A stretch of 64,000 nucleotides of DNA, from the NCBI GenBank assembly GCA_963716175.1, contig OY970296.1, forward strand, positions 1,472,001-1,536,000. The letters run 5' to 3'. Below are positions 8,948-18,889 of this stretch, in pieces (the first letter of the stretch is position 1; each line of letters starts with the position of its first letter). Under the pieces are notes generated by a model. It searched no databases. It was not told where the DNA came from and saw only the letters and a program-made list of their open reading frames with translations. The stretch comes from an uncultured Armatimonadetes bacterium (GTDB lineage: Bacteria > Armatimonadota > Hebobacteria > Hebobacterales > Hebobacteraceae). The translations under genes were made by a program, and so were the position numbers.

Positions 8948-10366
8948 CTCCAGCAGCTCGCCCAGCAGGCGCCGCTTCTGCTCAAAGGGCACGTCTGACC
9001 GGAGCAGCTCAGCGAGATCCCGGAAGCGCCGGCGCACGGGAATGGCAGAGGGCCGTCGGCGCTGAGACCCGGCAAGGGCGGCCCGCAATCCCTTCTCCTC
9101 GCGCTCGATGCGAGCCTGCTGTTGACGGTAGGCCGGCTCATCGTAGAGCCCGCGCTCGAAGCCCCCGATCAACCTGCGACGCCGGCCGGGGATCTCCTCC
9201 AGGTCCCGGCGGATGCGGGCCACATCGGGCAGTTCGGCCGGACGGTGGGGCAGCTCCCGCAGTTCCTTGGTGGTGGCGCGGGAAAGAGCGCCCAGAGCCT
9301 CGATCACCAGGTTCTCGGCCTTACGGACGCTGACATAGCTCCCCTTACAGCTATCGAGGTGGCTGGCCTTCGCCGCACAGTCGTAGACACCGTACTCGTA
9401 GGGTCTGGAGTGCCGCCGGTAGCGATGCCAATGGCCAGTCATAGGACCTCCGCACAAGCGGCAACGGAGGATGCCCGAGAGCAGGTAACGCTCGGCGACA
9501 CGCACCCGCTTGAGCTGCCCCCGGCGGTGGGTGAGGATGGCATTCGCTCTCTCCCACACCTCCTTCGAGACCAGGGGCTGATGCTTGCCAGGAAGGAGTT
9601 GCCCGTTCCACGGAATCAGGCCCAGGTAGGTGGCCTTGCGCAGCATCCGGTTGATGTCGGTAGCCGACCAGGCGTTGTAACTGGGGCCCGATTGAGTGAT
9701 GGCAGTCAGGCGGCGCCCGCATTCCTGGGTGCCGACCTGGTCGTGTACATACCACAAGAAGACCTGGGCCACGAGCCGGGCGGCTGACCAGCCCTGGTAG
9801 CGCGGTTCCTGATCCGGGACCAACTGCTTATCCACCATCCGGTATCCGAAGGGGGTTCGGCCCACCCACTCGCCGCACTCGGCCTTGTGACGCATCGCTG
9901 CCTTGACGTTGGCGCCGATCATCTTGCGCACCCGGGCCGAGAAGATGGAGCTGATGCCCAGCAGATCGCGCCCGTAGTCGGGGTCGTCATACTGGGGTTC
10001 CGTGGCGGATCGGAAGGCCACGCCGTAGGCGTCCAGCCGCCGCAGGATCTCGTAGATGTCGCCTTCGTCCCGGCTCAGCCGGTCCAGGCGAAAGACCACT
10101 AAGGCGTCGAAGGGCCGGCCCGAAGGCGGGGGAATCCGGGCGCGGGTCTTGGCGCGGCGGCGGACGTAGGGGAGCTGGGAGAGGATGGCCTGAAGGCCCG
10201 GCCGATACCATTCGGCACCGGTCACGCCCTCATCGGCGTAGATGTCGAGCAGGTCCCACCCATGCGAAACACAGTAGCCGGCGATGGCGCGGCGCTGCAC
10301 CTCCAGCGAGAGGCCCTCGCGGGCCTGGTCGTCGGTCGAGACTCGAACATAAGCCACCGCGCGCAT
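8897..10366 (-). CDS. Large serine recombinase (integrase)
   Basis: 'AYVRVSTDDQ' catalytic Ser, 'RLDRLSR', recombinase domain 'PFGY', 'HQPLVSKEVW', Zn ribbon 'LLSGILRCRLCG'. Confidence 0.95.
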   Translation of the reverse strand: MRAVAYVRVSTDDQAREGLSLEVQRRAIAGYCVSHGWDLLDIYADEGVTGAEWYRPGLQAILSQLPYVRRRAKTRARIPPPSGRPFDALVVFRLDRLSRDEGDIYEILRRLDAYGVAFRSATEPQYDDPDYGRDLLGISSIFSARVRKMIGANVKAAMRHKAECGEWVGRTPFGYRMVDKQLVPDQEPRYQGWSAARLVAQVFLWYVHDQVGTQECGRRLTAITQSGPSYNAWSATDINRMLRKATYLGLIPWNGQLLPGKHQPLVSKEVWERANAILTHRRGQLKRVRVAERYLLSGILRCRLCGGPMTGHWHRYRRHSRPYEYGVYDCAAKASHLDSCKGSYVSVRKAENLVIEALGALSRATTKELRELPHRPAELPDVARIRRDLEEIPGRRRRLIGGFERGLYDEPAYRQQQARIEREEKGLRAALAGSQRRRPSAIPVRRRFRDLAELLRSDVPFEQKRRLLGELLESVVIGADSLPLLTFRL

Positions 10367-10415
10367 GGGTCGGTCACCGTCCTGAATCAGTAGCGCCTCG
10401 CTGATCGCGCCCGGC

Positions 10416-10712
10416 TCATGGCGCCGCTGTGTCCAAGCGCCCCTCTCTCAACGCCATGAGGTCGTCTACCATCGCTCTCCCGCGCGTCATATCCAAACTA
10501 CCCATGATTGTGTTCAGAAGCTCCAACGCATCCTGTGTCGGCAGCATCAGGGAGGCCTTCAGCTCGCCCGCTTCATCATCCAGCTCTGGCGCCCAGATCC
10601 CAATGCCAACCTTGCTTCCATCCTTGCGGACTATCACCGTAAGAGTGATGGTCTCGAGCGCACCGTCAGATGCACCCGGAGGAAGCCACTGCCCCACAAT
10701 GCTTCTGGCCAT
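10416..10712 (-). CDS. Hypothetical protein upstream of the integrase
   Basis: 98 aa ORF with GGAGG RBS, co-oriented with the integrase. Confidence 0.6.
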   Translation of the reverse strand: MARSIVGQWLPPGASDGALETITLTVIVRKDGSKVGIGIWAPELDDEAGELKASLMLPTQDALELLNTIMGSLDMTRGRAMVDDLMALREGRLDTAAP

Positions 10713-11036
10713 CGTACACCTCCGTTATCCGAGCCTGGTTACACGACAGGCCTAGGGCCAAGGAAAGTGGCCCCCGCAGTACGTCCACCGAGGAGCTGGC
10801 AAGCGCCGAAGTGGGTCGCACCACGAGGGCCAAAAGGGGATACCACAGAGTTGCCAGCTCCTCATGCCGAACACTTACCATGTCCGGGCCTCGGTTCCTT
10901 CTTTCCCTGCGCCCGCCCCACCACACCACTAGTCGGGTCGGCCTCCCGGCAGGCTGGGGCCCTGGCCCGATCACCGCCCTCGCGCGGCGCGCCCCCCAGC
11001 GGGTTCCCCTACGGCGGCTCGCGCCATCCGCCAGGA

Positions 11037-11066
11037 TTGCAGTGGCAAGCGCCGAAGTGCTATAAT
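11037..11066 (+). promoter_or_regulatory. sigma70-type promoter
   Basis: TTGCAG-N18-TATAAT with extended TG. Confidence 0.55.
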
Positions 11067-11217
11067 AGCACGGACGACCTCGCCGAGCCCCTTCCGATGA
11101 GTCCCTTATCCTGCGCCTAAGGTGTCTGCGCGTCAGTGCGGCGCATCACTGGGGGGTGTCATTCCCGCGGAACTAGGGAAGCGGGGATCTGACATACTAC
11201 CGGAAGGAGGTCTCCAT

Positions 11218-12135
11218 ATGTCGCACCAATGCCGTAGTGCCATCGTTGTCGCACTCGCCGCTGTACTCCTACTTGCCCTGGCTGGCATGGGCAGCGCTTG
11301 TGTCGGCGCCCGCGCCCTGGCCATGGGCGGAGCGTTCACCGGTCTCGCCGACGACGTGAGCGCCACCTACTGGAACCCGGCCGCACTGCCCTATCTGGAA
11401 GGCAAGGGGGCCACGGTCATGCACGTCTTCAACGAGGACATCAACTACCAGGATTACTTCGCCTATGTGATGCCTCTGGACTTGAAGAGTGCCTTTGGCC
11501 TTAGCTACCTCAAGTTCCAGCTGTTACACCTGGACGTAGCCAATGGGATGTACGAGCCAAGTCTAAGTGCCTCCTGGAATCAGAACTGGTACTGGCTGTC
11601 TTACGGCCTGAAGGTCTCCGACAGGACTTCCCTGGGGGCCAATCTGAAGCTGATTGACGACGACCTCAAAGTCGTGGTGGGTGGAGCGAGGCTCCCTGTA
11701 TCTGCCGATACGGACATGGCCTTCGATTTGGCCGTCTACCACCACGCCAGCGACAATGTGACTGTGGGTCTTCTGGTCCAGAACGTAAACGAGCCCAAGA
11801 CCAAACTGAAAGGTGGAGACATCACGATCCCCGTCGGAGAATGGGGCCGGAACTACCGGCCCGGAGTAGCCGTGCGCGCTCCCGACGGGGTGATCTTCGC
11901 GGCTGAACTGTACGATGCAACCGACGACGGCGATTTGCGTGCGCTAAGAGTCGGCGTTGAGAAGAAGTATGAGGAGCAGCGCTTTGCGCTTCGGGCCGGG
12001 CGCTATGCAGCGGGGGATGCAAGTGGGTTGACCCTCGGTGCCGGTTTGTGGAGCAACACCTGGTCCGCCGACGTGGCGTTCCTAGGAGGTGATCTTGATA
12101 ACACGTGGGTGATGAGCGCCACGGCGAAGTTCTAG
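11218..12135 (+). CDS. Outer-membrane beta-barrel (PorV/FadL/UPF0164-like)
   Basis: Signal peptide; 'GARALAMGGAFTGLADDVSATYWNPAAL' motif; C-terminal Phe; AAGGAGG RBS. Confidence 0.8.
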   Translation: MSHQCRSAIVVALAAVLLLALAGMGSACVGARALAMGGAFTGLADDVSATYWNPAALPYLEGKGATVMHVFNEDINYQDYFAYVMPLDLKSAFGLSYLKFQLLHLDVANGMYEPSLSASWNQNWYWLSYGLKVSDRTSLGANLKLIDDDLKVVVGGARLPVSADTDMAFDLAVYHHASDNVTVGLLVQNVNEPKTKLKGGDITIPVGEWGRNYRPGVAVRAPDGVIFAAELYDATDDGDLRALRVGVEKKYEEQRFALRAGRYAAGDASGLTLGAGLWSNTWSADVAFLGGDLDNTWVMSATAKF

Positions 12136-12348
12136 CCCGCGTTCCAGCAGCCCGGGGCGGCAAGGCTTCTTCCTGCCTACTTCCGCCGGGCTCTCCTGCT
12201 TTGGGCAGAGCAATGGCCGCCTTGCTCCGCCCCTCTACCCTATCCCACCGCGAAGCGCCGCTCTCAGCGCGTCCTACGGCGCGCTCCAGATGGCCTTGCC
12301 CTTCTCGTCAGAGAGATCAAGGGATGGGCCAACCTCGGCAACTGACTC

Positions 12349-13053
12349 CTACTGCCCCCTGCTCTGGACGAACTCCTGGATGGCGTCCTCAGTCACCTCC
12401 GGCTCGCTCGTGTGCTTCGGTAGTGCCTTGGCCATGTCATCGAAGATGTAGTTCACCGTGCGGGTCAGCAACCGGCGCTCGACGGCCGTAGCTTTGGCCG
12501 CCCAGAATCCGCTGCCGCCGGAGCCCGTATCCTTAACCCGGCGCCAGTAGAGTATCTCGCCTGTGCCAATGTCCACCACAGCCACTCGGATGTCGATCGC
12601 ACCCACTTTGCGCGTACGAAAGAGGCGCTCGTGCATCTCCGTCTGCAGTCTCTCGACTTCGCCGTAGATCACCCACTGTGCTCCGAGCTTCTTCCCCAAC
12701 CGAATGGCATCTGCCCGACCTATCCGTGCTCCCGGCTCTCTGTCCGGGTCAGCCTTGACAGCCTCATCGGTCTTGACTGCTATCTCGGTAGCGGATGGCG
12801 CTTCCGGTGCCAACTTGAACCCATGTCGCTTCAGGTTCAGGAAGAGACACCCTCGCACTAGTTCGACGTGCCTCTGATCTCTCGCCCAGAACGGCAACAC
12901 CAGTACCGACACCTGGGTGGGCGGCGGCGGCTTGCGTGCGGCCAGATCCTCCCACTTCGATCCCTCTTGCTCGGTTGCCAGGGCCGGCACAGTGCCAGCT
13001 CCGAGCATTACGGCATAGACGGCCAGGATTCCGAGCAACCTGCATCTGCCCAT
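12349..13053 (-). CDS. Secreted CsgG/LpoB/TolB-N-like protein
   Basis: Signal peptide; 'VLVLPF', 'AIRLGKKLGAQWVIYGEV', 'VVDIGTGEILY' pattern; paralog of 17140-17907. Confidence 0.6.
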   Translation of the reverse strand: MGRCRLLGILAVYAVMLGAGTVPALATEQEGSKWEDLAARKPPPPTQVSVLVLPFWARDQRHVELVRGCLFLNLKRHGFKLAPEAPSATEIAVKTDEAVKADPDREPGARIGRADAIRLGKKLGAQWVIYGEVERLQTEMHERLFRTRKVGAIDIRVAVVDIGTGEILYWRRVKDTGSGGSGFWAAKATAVERRLLTRTVNYIFDDMAKALPKHTSEPEVTEDAIQEFVQSRGQ

Positions 13054-13231
13054 CGCCTCCTCCTTCGACTTGGCGCCCCCCTTTCTGCGCCGATCGCCCG
13101 CCCCGATCACCGGGCTGCCCCTCACCGCGTCGCCCTGCCCTTCGCACCTGCGGAGTAAGCCCAATGGTGAGCAGGCCCTTTCCCGGGGCCTCGGCTGCAT
13201 CTGTGGCCGAGGCCCCACAGGCCCACTCCCT

Positions 13232-13684
13232 TCAGGGCTTGCATACCTTGCAGGGGGTATAGCCCCGGGCGATAGCCTCCTCCCGCGATATCGGGATGTC
13301 GCTCTTGGATAGATGACGGCAACCCGCTCGATGGTACTTCGTGCCCGTCCGCGTGATATGGACCTGGTCCTGCACCTTCTGCACGGGCGGCGCAGGCTTC
13401 TGGACAGATGGCGCGGGCGCAGCCGGCGGGCGGCTCACGCTGGCCGATGTAGGCCGCTTTCCAACGTAGACCGCTCTTGCTTGGGGGTCCCATTCCACTG
13501 ACACGCCGAGCGCCTCTGCGACAGCTCGCACGGGCAGGTATGTGACCCCGTTCTGCGCTAACCCGTGCGCGGCAATGGGCCGCCCGTGGACGTAGACGGC
13601 CACCCCGCGACCGGCCGCGACCAGCCCGCCTGTGAGCGCGAGACACAGGACAGCAACCAGCACAGCGACTCTTGTGGACCGCAT
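13232..13684 (-). CDS. Secreted protein: copper-amine-oxidase-N-like domain plus C-terminal Cys-rich (Ada-like) domain
   Basis: 'NGVTYLPVRAVAEALGVSVEWD' followed by 'ITRTGTKYHRAGCRHL...GYTPCKVCKP'. Confidence 0.75.
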   Translation of the reverse strand: MRSTRVAVLVAVLCLALTGGLVAAGRGVAVYVHGRPIAAHGLAQNGVTYLPVRAVAEALGVSVEWDPQARAVYVGKRPTSASVSRPPAAPAPSVQKPAPPVQKVQDQVHITRTGTKYHRAGCRHLSKSDIPISREEAIARGYTPCKVCKP

Positions 13685-13701
13685 ATCTCTCCTCCCGTCC
13701 T

Positions 13702-14481
13702 CTACGGTCTGCACACCTTGCAGGGCGCGTATCCTCGCGCCTCAGCTTCCTTCCGTGAGATGGGGACCGAGCTTCGAGCTAAGTGCCGACAGCCTGCCCG
13801 ATGGTACTTCGTGCCCGTTCTCGTGATGTAGACCGTCTTCGCATCAGCGCCGGGCTTCTTCTCTGCAGGCGCGACCGCGGGCCGGTCTTCGCCGCCTTGC
13901 CCTGCCCCGGTCCGCGGTGCCAGGGGAGCGAAGCGCGCCGCGTCGCTCCACATGCTCTCGAACTGGACAGCGAATGCACCAGCTACCGCGGGCTCCCCGA
14001 TGAACACCACCAGGTTCTCATCGTTCCGCTCGATGGCCGCCTTTGTCCAGTTGAAGCTCCCGGTCGCGATGCTTGCACCATCCGCCACGAGAAACTTGTT
14101 GTGCATCAGCCCCGAGTGCGTGTTCACCAGCACAGAAACCCCGGCGGAAAGCAGTCTGTCGCCCTGGGTCCACGTCTGTGCCCCCTGTCCTCGGTCAAGT
14201 ATCACTCTCACCCGCACGCCCCGCTTCTGCGCCGCCACCAGCTCATCAGCCACCGACTCCAGCGAGAAGGTGTAGCAGGCCGCGTCCAGATACATTCGGG
14301 CCGAGCGCGCCAGGTTGGTGAGTGCCCCCTCAGCTCCTCCTCGCGGCGAGAAGAAGACCTGGACATCGGCGCGAGCACCCATCGCGGCCGTCGCCAACAA
14401 CACCAGTAACACCAGCCTGCACAGCACCCGCCGCGCACCTGGCGCCCTGCCCCGCAAATCATGTGCTGCCACGTTCACCAC
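13702..14481 (-). CDS. Secreted PLD-family (Nuc-like) nuclease with the same C-terminal Cys-rich domain
   Basis: 'VFFSPRGG', HKD motif 'MHNKFLVAD', 'TGSFNWT', 'NDEN'. Confidence 0.85.
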   Translation of the reverse strand: MVNVAAHDLRGRAPGARRVLCRLVLLVLLATAAMGARADVQVFFSPRGGAEGALTNLARSARMYLDAACYTFSLESVADELVAAQKRGVRVRVILDRGQGAQTWTQGDRLLSAGVSVLVNTHSGLMHNKFLVADGASIATGSFNWTKAAIERNDENLVVFIGEPAVAGAFAVQFESMWSDAARFAPLAPRTGAGQGGEDRPAVAPAEKKPGADAKTVYITRTGTKYHRAGCRHLARSSVPISRKEAEARGYAPCKVCRP

Positions 14482-14523
14482 CTCCCGCGAACTTCAGCGC
14501 CCGCCCGAAGCTACGGCGCGCGC

Positions 14524-15747
14524 CTACTTCAACTGCTCCACACGTATCACGTCCTCCACACCTTCCACTTTCATCTTGTAGCCGCCCGCAGTACGATAGA
14601 TGAGGACCTCGGGGCTATAGGCATAGTGGTACGTGTACGCGTATTCCGCCTGTTGCCAGATCTGGCCGTTCTCCAGTTTGAAAATGGTCTCACCAGTCCA
14701 CCCCTCGAAGTCGCCATCTATGTGACTCTCGATAACGTCTGAAGTCCCCAATGGGCCGAACAGCGAAGCACCCAGCCTCGCCCTCGCAGGTGCTTCGGCC
14801 GCCCCTCTGGTGTCTGGTGCACTGAAGATGACCTTCCCCTCGCTGTCAGAGAGAACCAGCTGCGGGCTGCCGTCGGCAAGCAAGGACAGTCTGGCGCGCG
14901 GCTCGCCCTTCTCATCGCGAAGGGAGAGGCCCGTGCCGCTGGCGGGAGGCACCAGCAGCATCGCGCCCCCCTCGCCCTGCTCGGCGAAGAGCGCAAGGGC
15001 CGGGGTGCCGTCGGGAACCACCCTCAGCGCGGCGCGCACCTTGCCCTTCTTGTCGCAAAGCTCAAGGCTCGACCTGCCGTCAGCGTCCAGCCCCAGCCCA
15101 GCGCGCTCCATGCGATTCTCGTCGTAGAGCACCAACTCTGGGTCCTCGGTCGCCCCCAGACGCACACCGAACCGAACCCGGTCCTGCTTGTCCCTTATAG
15201 TGAATTGCGGTTCAGTGCCCCCTGGGCCCACAGACAGTCTGATGACCTCGTTCATGTCTTCACTCGTGAGGCTCAGGTACGCGTTGCCGTCAGTACCCAG
15301 GGCGAACATGGCCCGGTGTTTGCAGTCTGCGTCCAGCAGTGACAGCCCGCTCTCCCCCGATTCCTGCTCATTGACGGAGAGTATAACGCGTGGCGGGCCA
15401 CCCTCCTTGCCCCCCAGGACAATGCTAGGCTGTCCCGCCTGGTCGAGCGCCAGAACTAGCCTTGCTCGGCCGTCCTCGTCAAGCAGCGCAAGGGCCGGGT
15501 GGCCGTCCGCGGCAGAGCGGAAGGTCCCCCGCACCCTCCCCTTCGCGTCCACCAGCTCGAGCCGCTGCGCTCGCAGCACCTCTTGCACCGGCGCGGTCGC
15601 CTGCCCCGCAGCATAGACTATGGCCGCCGCCGTCACTACGAGACACACTGCCGCAATCACCAGCGCCCATCTGCCCCTGCTCATTCCCCGCGCTCCTTGT
15701 GGCGCCGCCCTTTCTGCACCGATGTCTCTGTCCGTTGCCCACCACAC
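14524..15747 (-). CDS. Secreted beta-repeat hypothetical protein
   Basis: N-terminal hydrophobic segment; repeated 'L.L.D..G..R..L' units; start uncertain. Confidence 0.6.
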   Translation of the reverse strand: MWWATDRDIGAERAAPQGARGMSRGRWALVIAAVCLVVTAAAIVYAAGQATAPVQEVLRAQRLELVDAKGRVRGTFRSAADGHPALALLDEDGRARLVLALDQAGQPSIVLGGKEGGPPRVILSVNEQESGESGLSLLDADCKHRAMFALGTDGNAYLSLTSEDMNEVIRLSVGPGGTEPQFTIRDKQDRVRFGVRLGATEDPELVLYDENRMERAGLGLDADGRSSLELCDKKGKVRAALRVVPDGTPALALFAEQGEGGAMLLVPPASGTGLSLRDEKGEPRARLSLLADGSPQLVLSDSEGKVIFSAPDTRGAAEAPARARLGASLFGPLGTSDVIESHIDGDFEGWTGETIFKLENGQIWQQAEYAYTYHYAYSPEVLIYRTAGGYKMKVEGVEDVIRVEQLK

Positions 15748-15802
15748 GCGGCACAGCCCCGGCCCGGAAAGGCCTACTCAGGCCGCGCTCAGCATCTACG
15801 CC

Positions 15803-16363
15803 CTACCTATCGCCGTCAACGGGAACAGTGATTTCGAGTAAGCGGCTGAGCAATGGGTCTTCCTTTGGCCCGGCTGTAGGTGCTCGCAACGTCTCTGGCC
15901 TGGCCGCGGTAATGCGTGTGGTGTTCCCCTGACTGATCTGATAAGCCAGGAGCTGAACATACCAGTCGCCCACGCGTTGGTACTGCTGGTACTGATCCCA
16001 GGTGATCCTGCCCGCGTTGTAGGCGGCTAAGCCGAAATTCGCCCCGTCGCAATAGGCATTGTCTACAACGAGGACTGCCAGAGCACTTCCGATCACCATC
16101 GTGCGAACTGTGTAGCTTGTCATCTGTTCCCGCGTCACGGGGAGCGCCGGGTTATAACTCCCGTCTCCGAATCCGCTGACGATTCCTGCCTCGTAAGCCC
16201 AGCCGATGTCTTGGTCATGTGGGGACGTTGCGGAGCAGTCGGGGAAGTAACCGGAGCCACCGCGGTGCGTAGCCGTCTGTGCCCACGCGAAGATGAACCC
16301 ACCTAGAATGCTGCCGAGGAACACCAGCGCAACTACCAGCAACCTGCCTGCCACTTTGTTCAT
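15803..16363 (-). CDS. S-layer homology (SLH) domain protein
   Basis: 'FPD...IGWAYEAGIVSGFGDGSYNPALPVTREQM' SLH motif after a signal peptide. Confidence 0.8.
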   Translation of the reverse strand: MNKVAGRLLVVALVFLGSILGGFIFAWAQTATHRGGSGYFPDCSATSPHDQDIGWAYEAGIVSGFGDGSYNPALPVTREQMTSYTVRTMVIGSALAVLVVDNAYCDGANFGLAAYNAGRITWDQYQQYQRVGDWYVQLLAYQISQGNTTRITAARPETLRAPTAGPKEDPLLSRLLEITVPVDGDR

Positions 16364-16627
16364 CTGTCCCTCCCTGGACTGGTGATCGCTTTCCTTCACG
16401 CCCGCCCGGGCGCGTTGGATCGCAGCTCGAATCTCAGGGGATAGCTCGGCAGTGGATCTCAAACCCCTCGGGATCCGTCTTCGTCGCCCACCAGGGCGCC
16501 CCTCTACCCCATCCCACTCTCGGAGAGCCCCTCTCAGGTCAACGTGCGCTGCCGTTTTCGGGGTATCCGAGAAATGCAGGCGATTCCTGCCTTTTTCGCC
16601 CCTCGCGGCCCGCGATCACGTCACCGA

Positions 16628-16855
16628 TCAGCAGGCCTCAGCGCCGCCTGCGCCGACATTTCCATCCGCGCCAGCAAGAAGGGTCGGGTCTATGTCAAAC
16701 GTGCAGCAGCCGGGCTGTTCCTCATCACCAGGGGTAAGAAGCGTTCCATCTATGTCGAACGTGCAGCAGCGACGCTGCTGCCCTCCCGCTGGTTCCTTCA
16801 TCCTATCCAGTAGCTCTGAGCATCTCCTGTACCACTCCGGCATCATCAGAGTCAC
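16628..16855 (-). CDS. Small acidic peptide with a duplicated CCTFDID motif
   Basis: 22-bp near-identical repeats at 16689-16710 and 16749-16770, 60 bp apart and in frame. Confidence 0.4.
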   Translation of the reverse strand: MTLMMPEWYRRCSELLDRMKEPAGGQQRRCCTFDIDGTLLTPGDEEQPGCCTFDIDPTLLAGADGNVGAGGAEAC

Positions 16856-16918
16856 CTATCAACGTCCCGCTAGGTTGTCAGCTCCTCGCCTGTCATCAGC
16901 GCAGGGCCATCGCCCACG

Positions 16919-17095
16919 TCAGAGCGGGGCGAGCTGCCCGTCGCGCCGGCGCAGCAGCTCCTCGATATCGCGCGCCAGCACCTCCCCGCCATGCTTGCCG
17001 ATCTCCCCGAGGGTCGCGGCCCGGTCGCTCTCGCTCATCCGCGCCAGCACCTCTGCTAAGGCCCGCACATCATGCCTCCGAACCCAGAAGCGCAT
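16919..17095 (-). CDS. Small hypothetical protein (58 aa)
   Basis: MRFWVRRHDVRALAEVLARMSE...; GC-rich third positions; below the ORF-track cutoff. Confidence 0.4.
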   Translation of the reverse strand: MRFWVRRHDVRALAEVLARMSESDRAATLGEIGKHGGEVLARDIEELLRRRDGQLAPL

Positions 17096-17139
17096 GAGCT
17101 GCCGCCAGATCGCCAGTCCGAACCTACGGCACGCACCAG

Positions 17140-17907
17140 CTAAAGCCCCATCGCCCCGATCAACTTCTCAAGTTGCTCGCGCGTGACCTCGGGGCCGACC
17201 TCATGCTTGGGCAGTGCCCTGGCGATGTCGTCGAACGCCGTATTGCTCAGACTCACCAGCATACTTCGAGCGATACCCCGATCCTCATCGGTCGCACCGA
17301 ATCCGGTCACGGTGCTGCTCCCGCGGGCTTCGTCCTCCAGGCGGACCCAATAGAACACCTCTCCTGACTTCACATCAGCCAGCACCAGGTGCAGGGAGAG
17401 CCGGAGCTGCTTCTTGACTGGGCGGCGAACGAGCAAGCCCGTCTTCACGCGCAAATCCTGCTGCACAGTCCACTCGCCATAGATCACCCAGTCGGCACCG
17501 AGCCCTTTGCCAGCCTTGAGGGCCTCCTCTTTCCCCCCGCTCAGCCTAAGTTTCTCATCTCTGGTCAGTTGCATTGCCCTGTCGGTCTCTGGCGGGACTT
17601 TCACCAGAGGCTGGGCATCTGGGATGATGCGGAAGTGGTGCCTTTGGAGGTTGAGCAGGGCGCAGGCTCGGGGCATCTCAACTTGGCGTTCGAGTTCGGT
17701 CTGAGAAGCCACCGCGCGGAGGGCCGCGGGCGCAGCGAACGGCATGACGGCCACACCGATCCGTTCAGGAGAAAGAGGCTTCCTTGCCGCCAACTCCTTC
17801 CAGTCAGTGCCTTCTCGTTTCGGCTTCGCCGCGGCATAGGCCACCGCCCCGATCGCCGCCATCGCACACACCACGGCCAGCACCATCACCCACTTGCCTC
17901 TTCGCAT
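17140..17907 (-). CDS. Secreted CsgG/LpoB-like protein (paralog of 12349-13053)
   Basis: Shared 'W..LAARKP', 'LNL.RH.F', 'LGA.WVIYGE', 'FDD.A.ALPKH' motifs. Confidence 0.6.
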   Translation of the reverse strand: MRRGKWVMVLAVVCAMAAIGAVAYAAAKPKREGTDWKELAARKPLSPERIGVAVMPFAAPAALRAVASQTELERQVEMPRACALLNLQRHHFRIIPDAQPLVKVPPETDRAMQLTRDEKLRLSGGKEEALKAGKGLGADWVIYGEWTVQQDLRVKTGLLVRRPVKKQLRLSLHLVLADVKSGEVFYWVRLEDEARGSSTVTGFGATDEDRGIARSMLVSLSNTAFDDIARALPKHEVGPEVTREQLEKLIGAMGL

Positions 17908-18005
17908 CTTGCTCCCCTCCTCGCTGTGACGGCGCCTACGGTTTCGCTCTGGTCATTCAGGCCGCGCAAGGCGGCCTCCAAGGCCACGGCCTCCCGGCGC
18001 TGGTA

Positions 18006-18674
18006 CTAGCCCGCTTCATCAAAGACCGACAGGGCAATGCCCTCGCGCCCAGCCACACGGCCCAGATCGAGGGCGCGGATTCGCCTTCGGTCCCGGGAAG
18101 CGACGCGGGCGGCTACCCGGATCTCGGCCCGGTTCCCAGGATTGCTGCCCCCAGGACTGTCGTGCCTCGGCGCGCCGCTTGCAGCCGGCGCCCGCTTACC
18201 TCTCCTCACCGCGCGCGTCGTCAGTGCCCTTCTCTGGGTCCCGTCGCGCCCGCTCCCTCCTGGCAGCGATCGCCTCCGCCCGGCTACACGTTCGGCGGGA
18301 AGCACGAAGACAGGTAGGCGCGTCGCTCGAGGTGGCTGCCGAAATTCCCGCTGCCCGTCTTCCCGCACCCGACAGATCCACGCCACGACTCCCACCACGC
18401 GCAGGTCCGCAGCCTTGACGAAGCCGGCGGCATAGGTGGGGTTGTCGGAGATGAGCCCTACCTGTCCTGCCAGCTCGCCGCCCCACCGGTTGACACAAAC
18501 CTTGCCCCCGCGCTCCACCACGACCATATCCCCGAGCTCAGGAAGCGCGGCCCTCCGCACCCCCAGCGCGTCGCCCGGGGTGAGGGTCGGGCTCATGCAA
18601 TCTCCCACGAGGAGATAGACCTCATCGGCCTGGGCTGCGTGCTCTGCGTCACACTCGAAGGTCTGCTGGTTCAT
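18006..18674 (-). CDS. Peptidase S24 (LexA/UmuD C-terminal)-like protein, catalytic residues altered
   Basis: 'VGDCMSPTLTPGD', 'GDMVVV', 'VNR', 'LISDNPTY', 'VVGVV'. Confidence 0.6.
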   Translation of the reverse strand: MNQQTFECDAEHAAQADEVYLLVGDCMSPTLTPGDALGVRRAALPELGDMVVVERGGKVCVNRWGGELAGQVGLISDNPTYAAGFVKAADLRVVGVVAWICRVREDGQREFRQPPRATRLPVFVLPAERVAGRRRSLPGGSGRDGTQRRALTTRAVRRGKRAPAASGAPRHDSPGGSNPGNRAEIRVAARVASRDRRRIRALDLGRVAGREGIALSVFDEAG

Positions 18675-18889
18675 GGCTCTACCCCACACCTCATCGCCGT
18701 CGCTCGCGCCCGGTCCTTGAGCGCCAGGCCCGCCAACGCCTCCCAGGCCCGCAGCTCATCAGCTCGCAGAGGCCGGAGCTGGCGAGAACCACACCCGCAC
18801 CGCCGGTCCCCCTCCATCACCAGGCCGCATCGCAGGCAGCGCAGCATCAGTGCCCGGTCAGTCAAGGCGATCATGGCCGCCTCCGTCAA
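18671..18889 (-). CDS. Small zinc-ribbon protein
   Basis: CLRC...CGCGS motif; overlaps both neighbouring genes. Confidence 0.5.
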   Translation of the reverse strand: MTEAAMIALTDRALMLRCLRCGLVMEGDRRCGCGSRQLRPLRADELRAWEALAGLALKDRARATAMRCGVEP

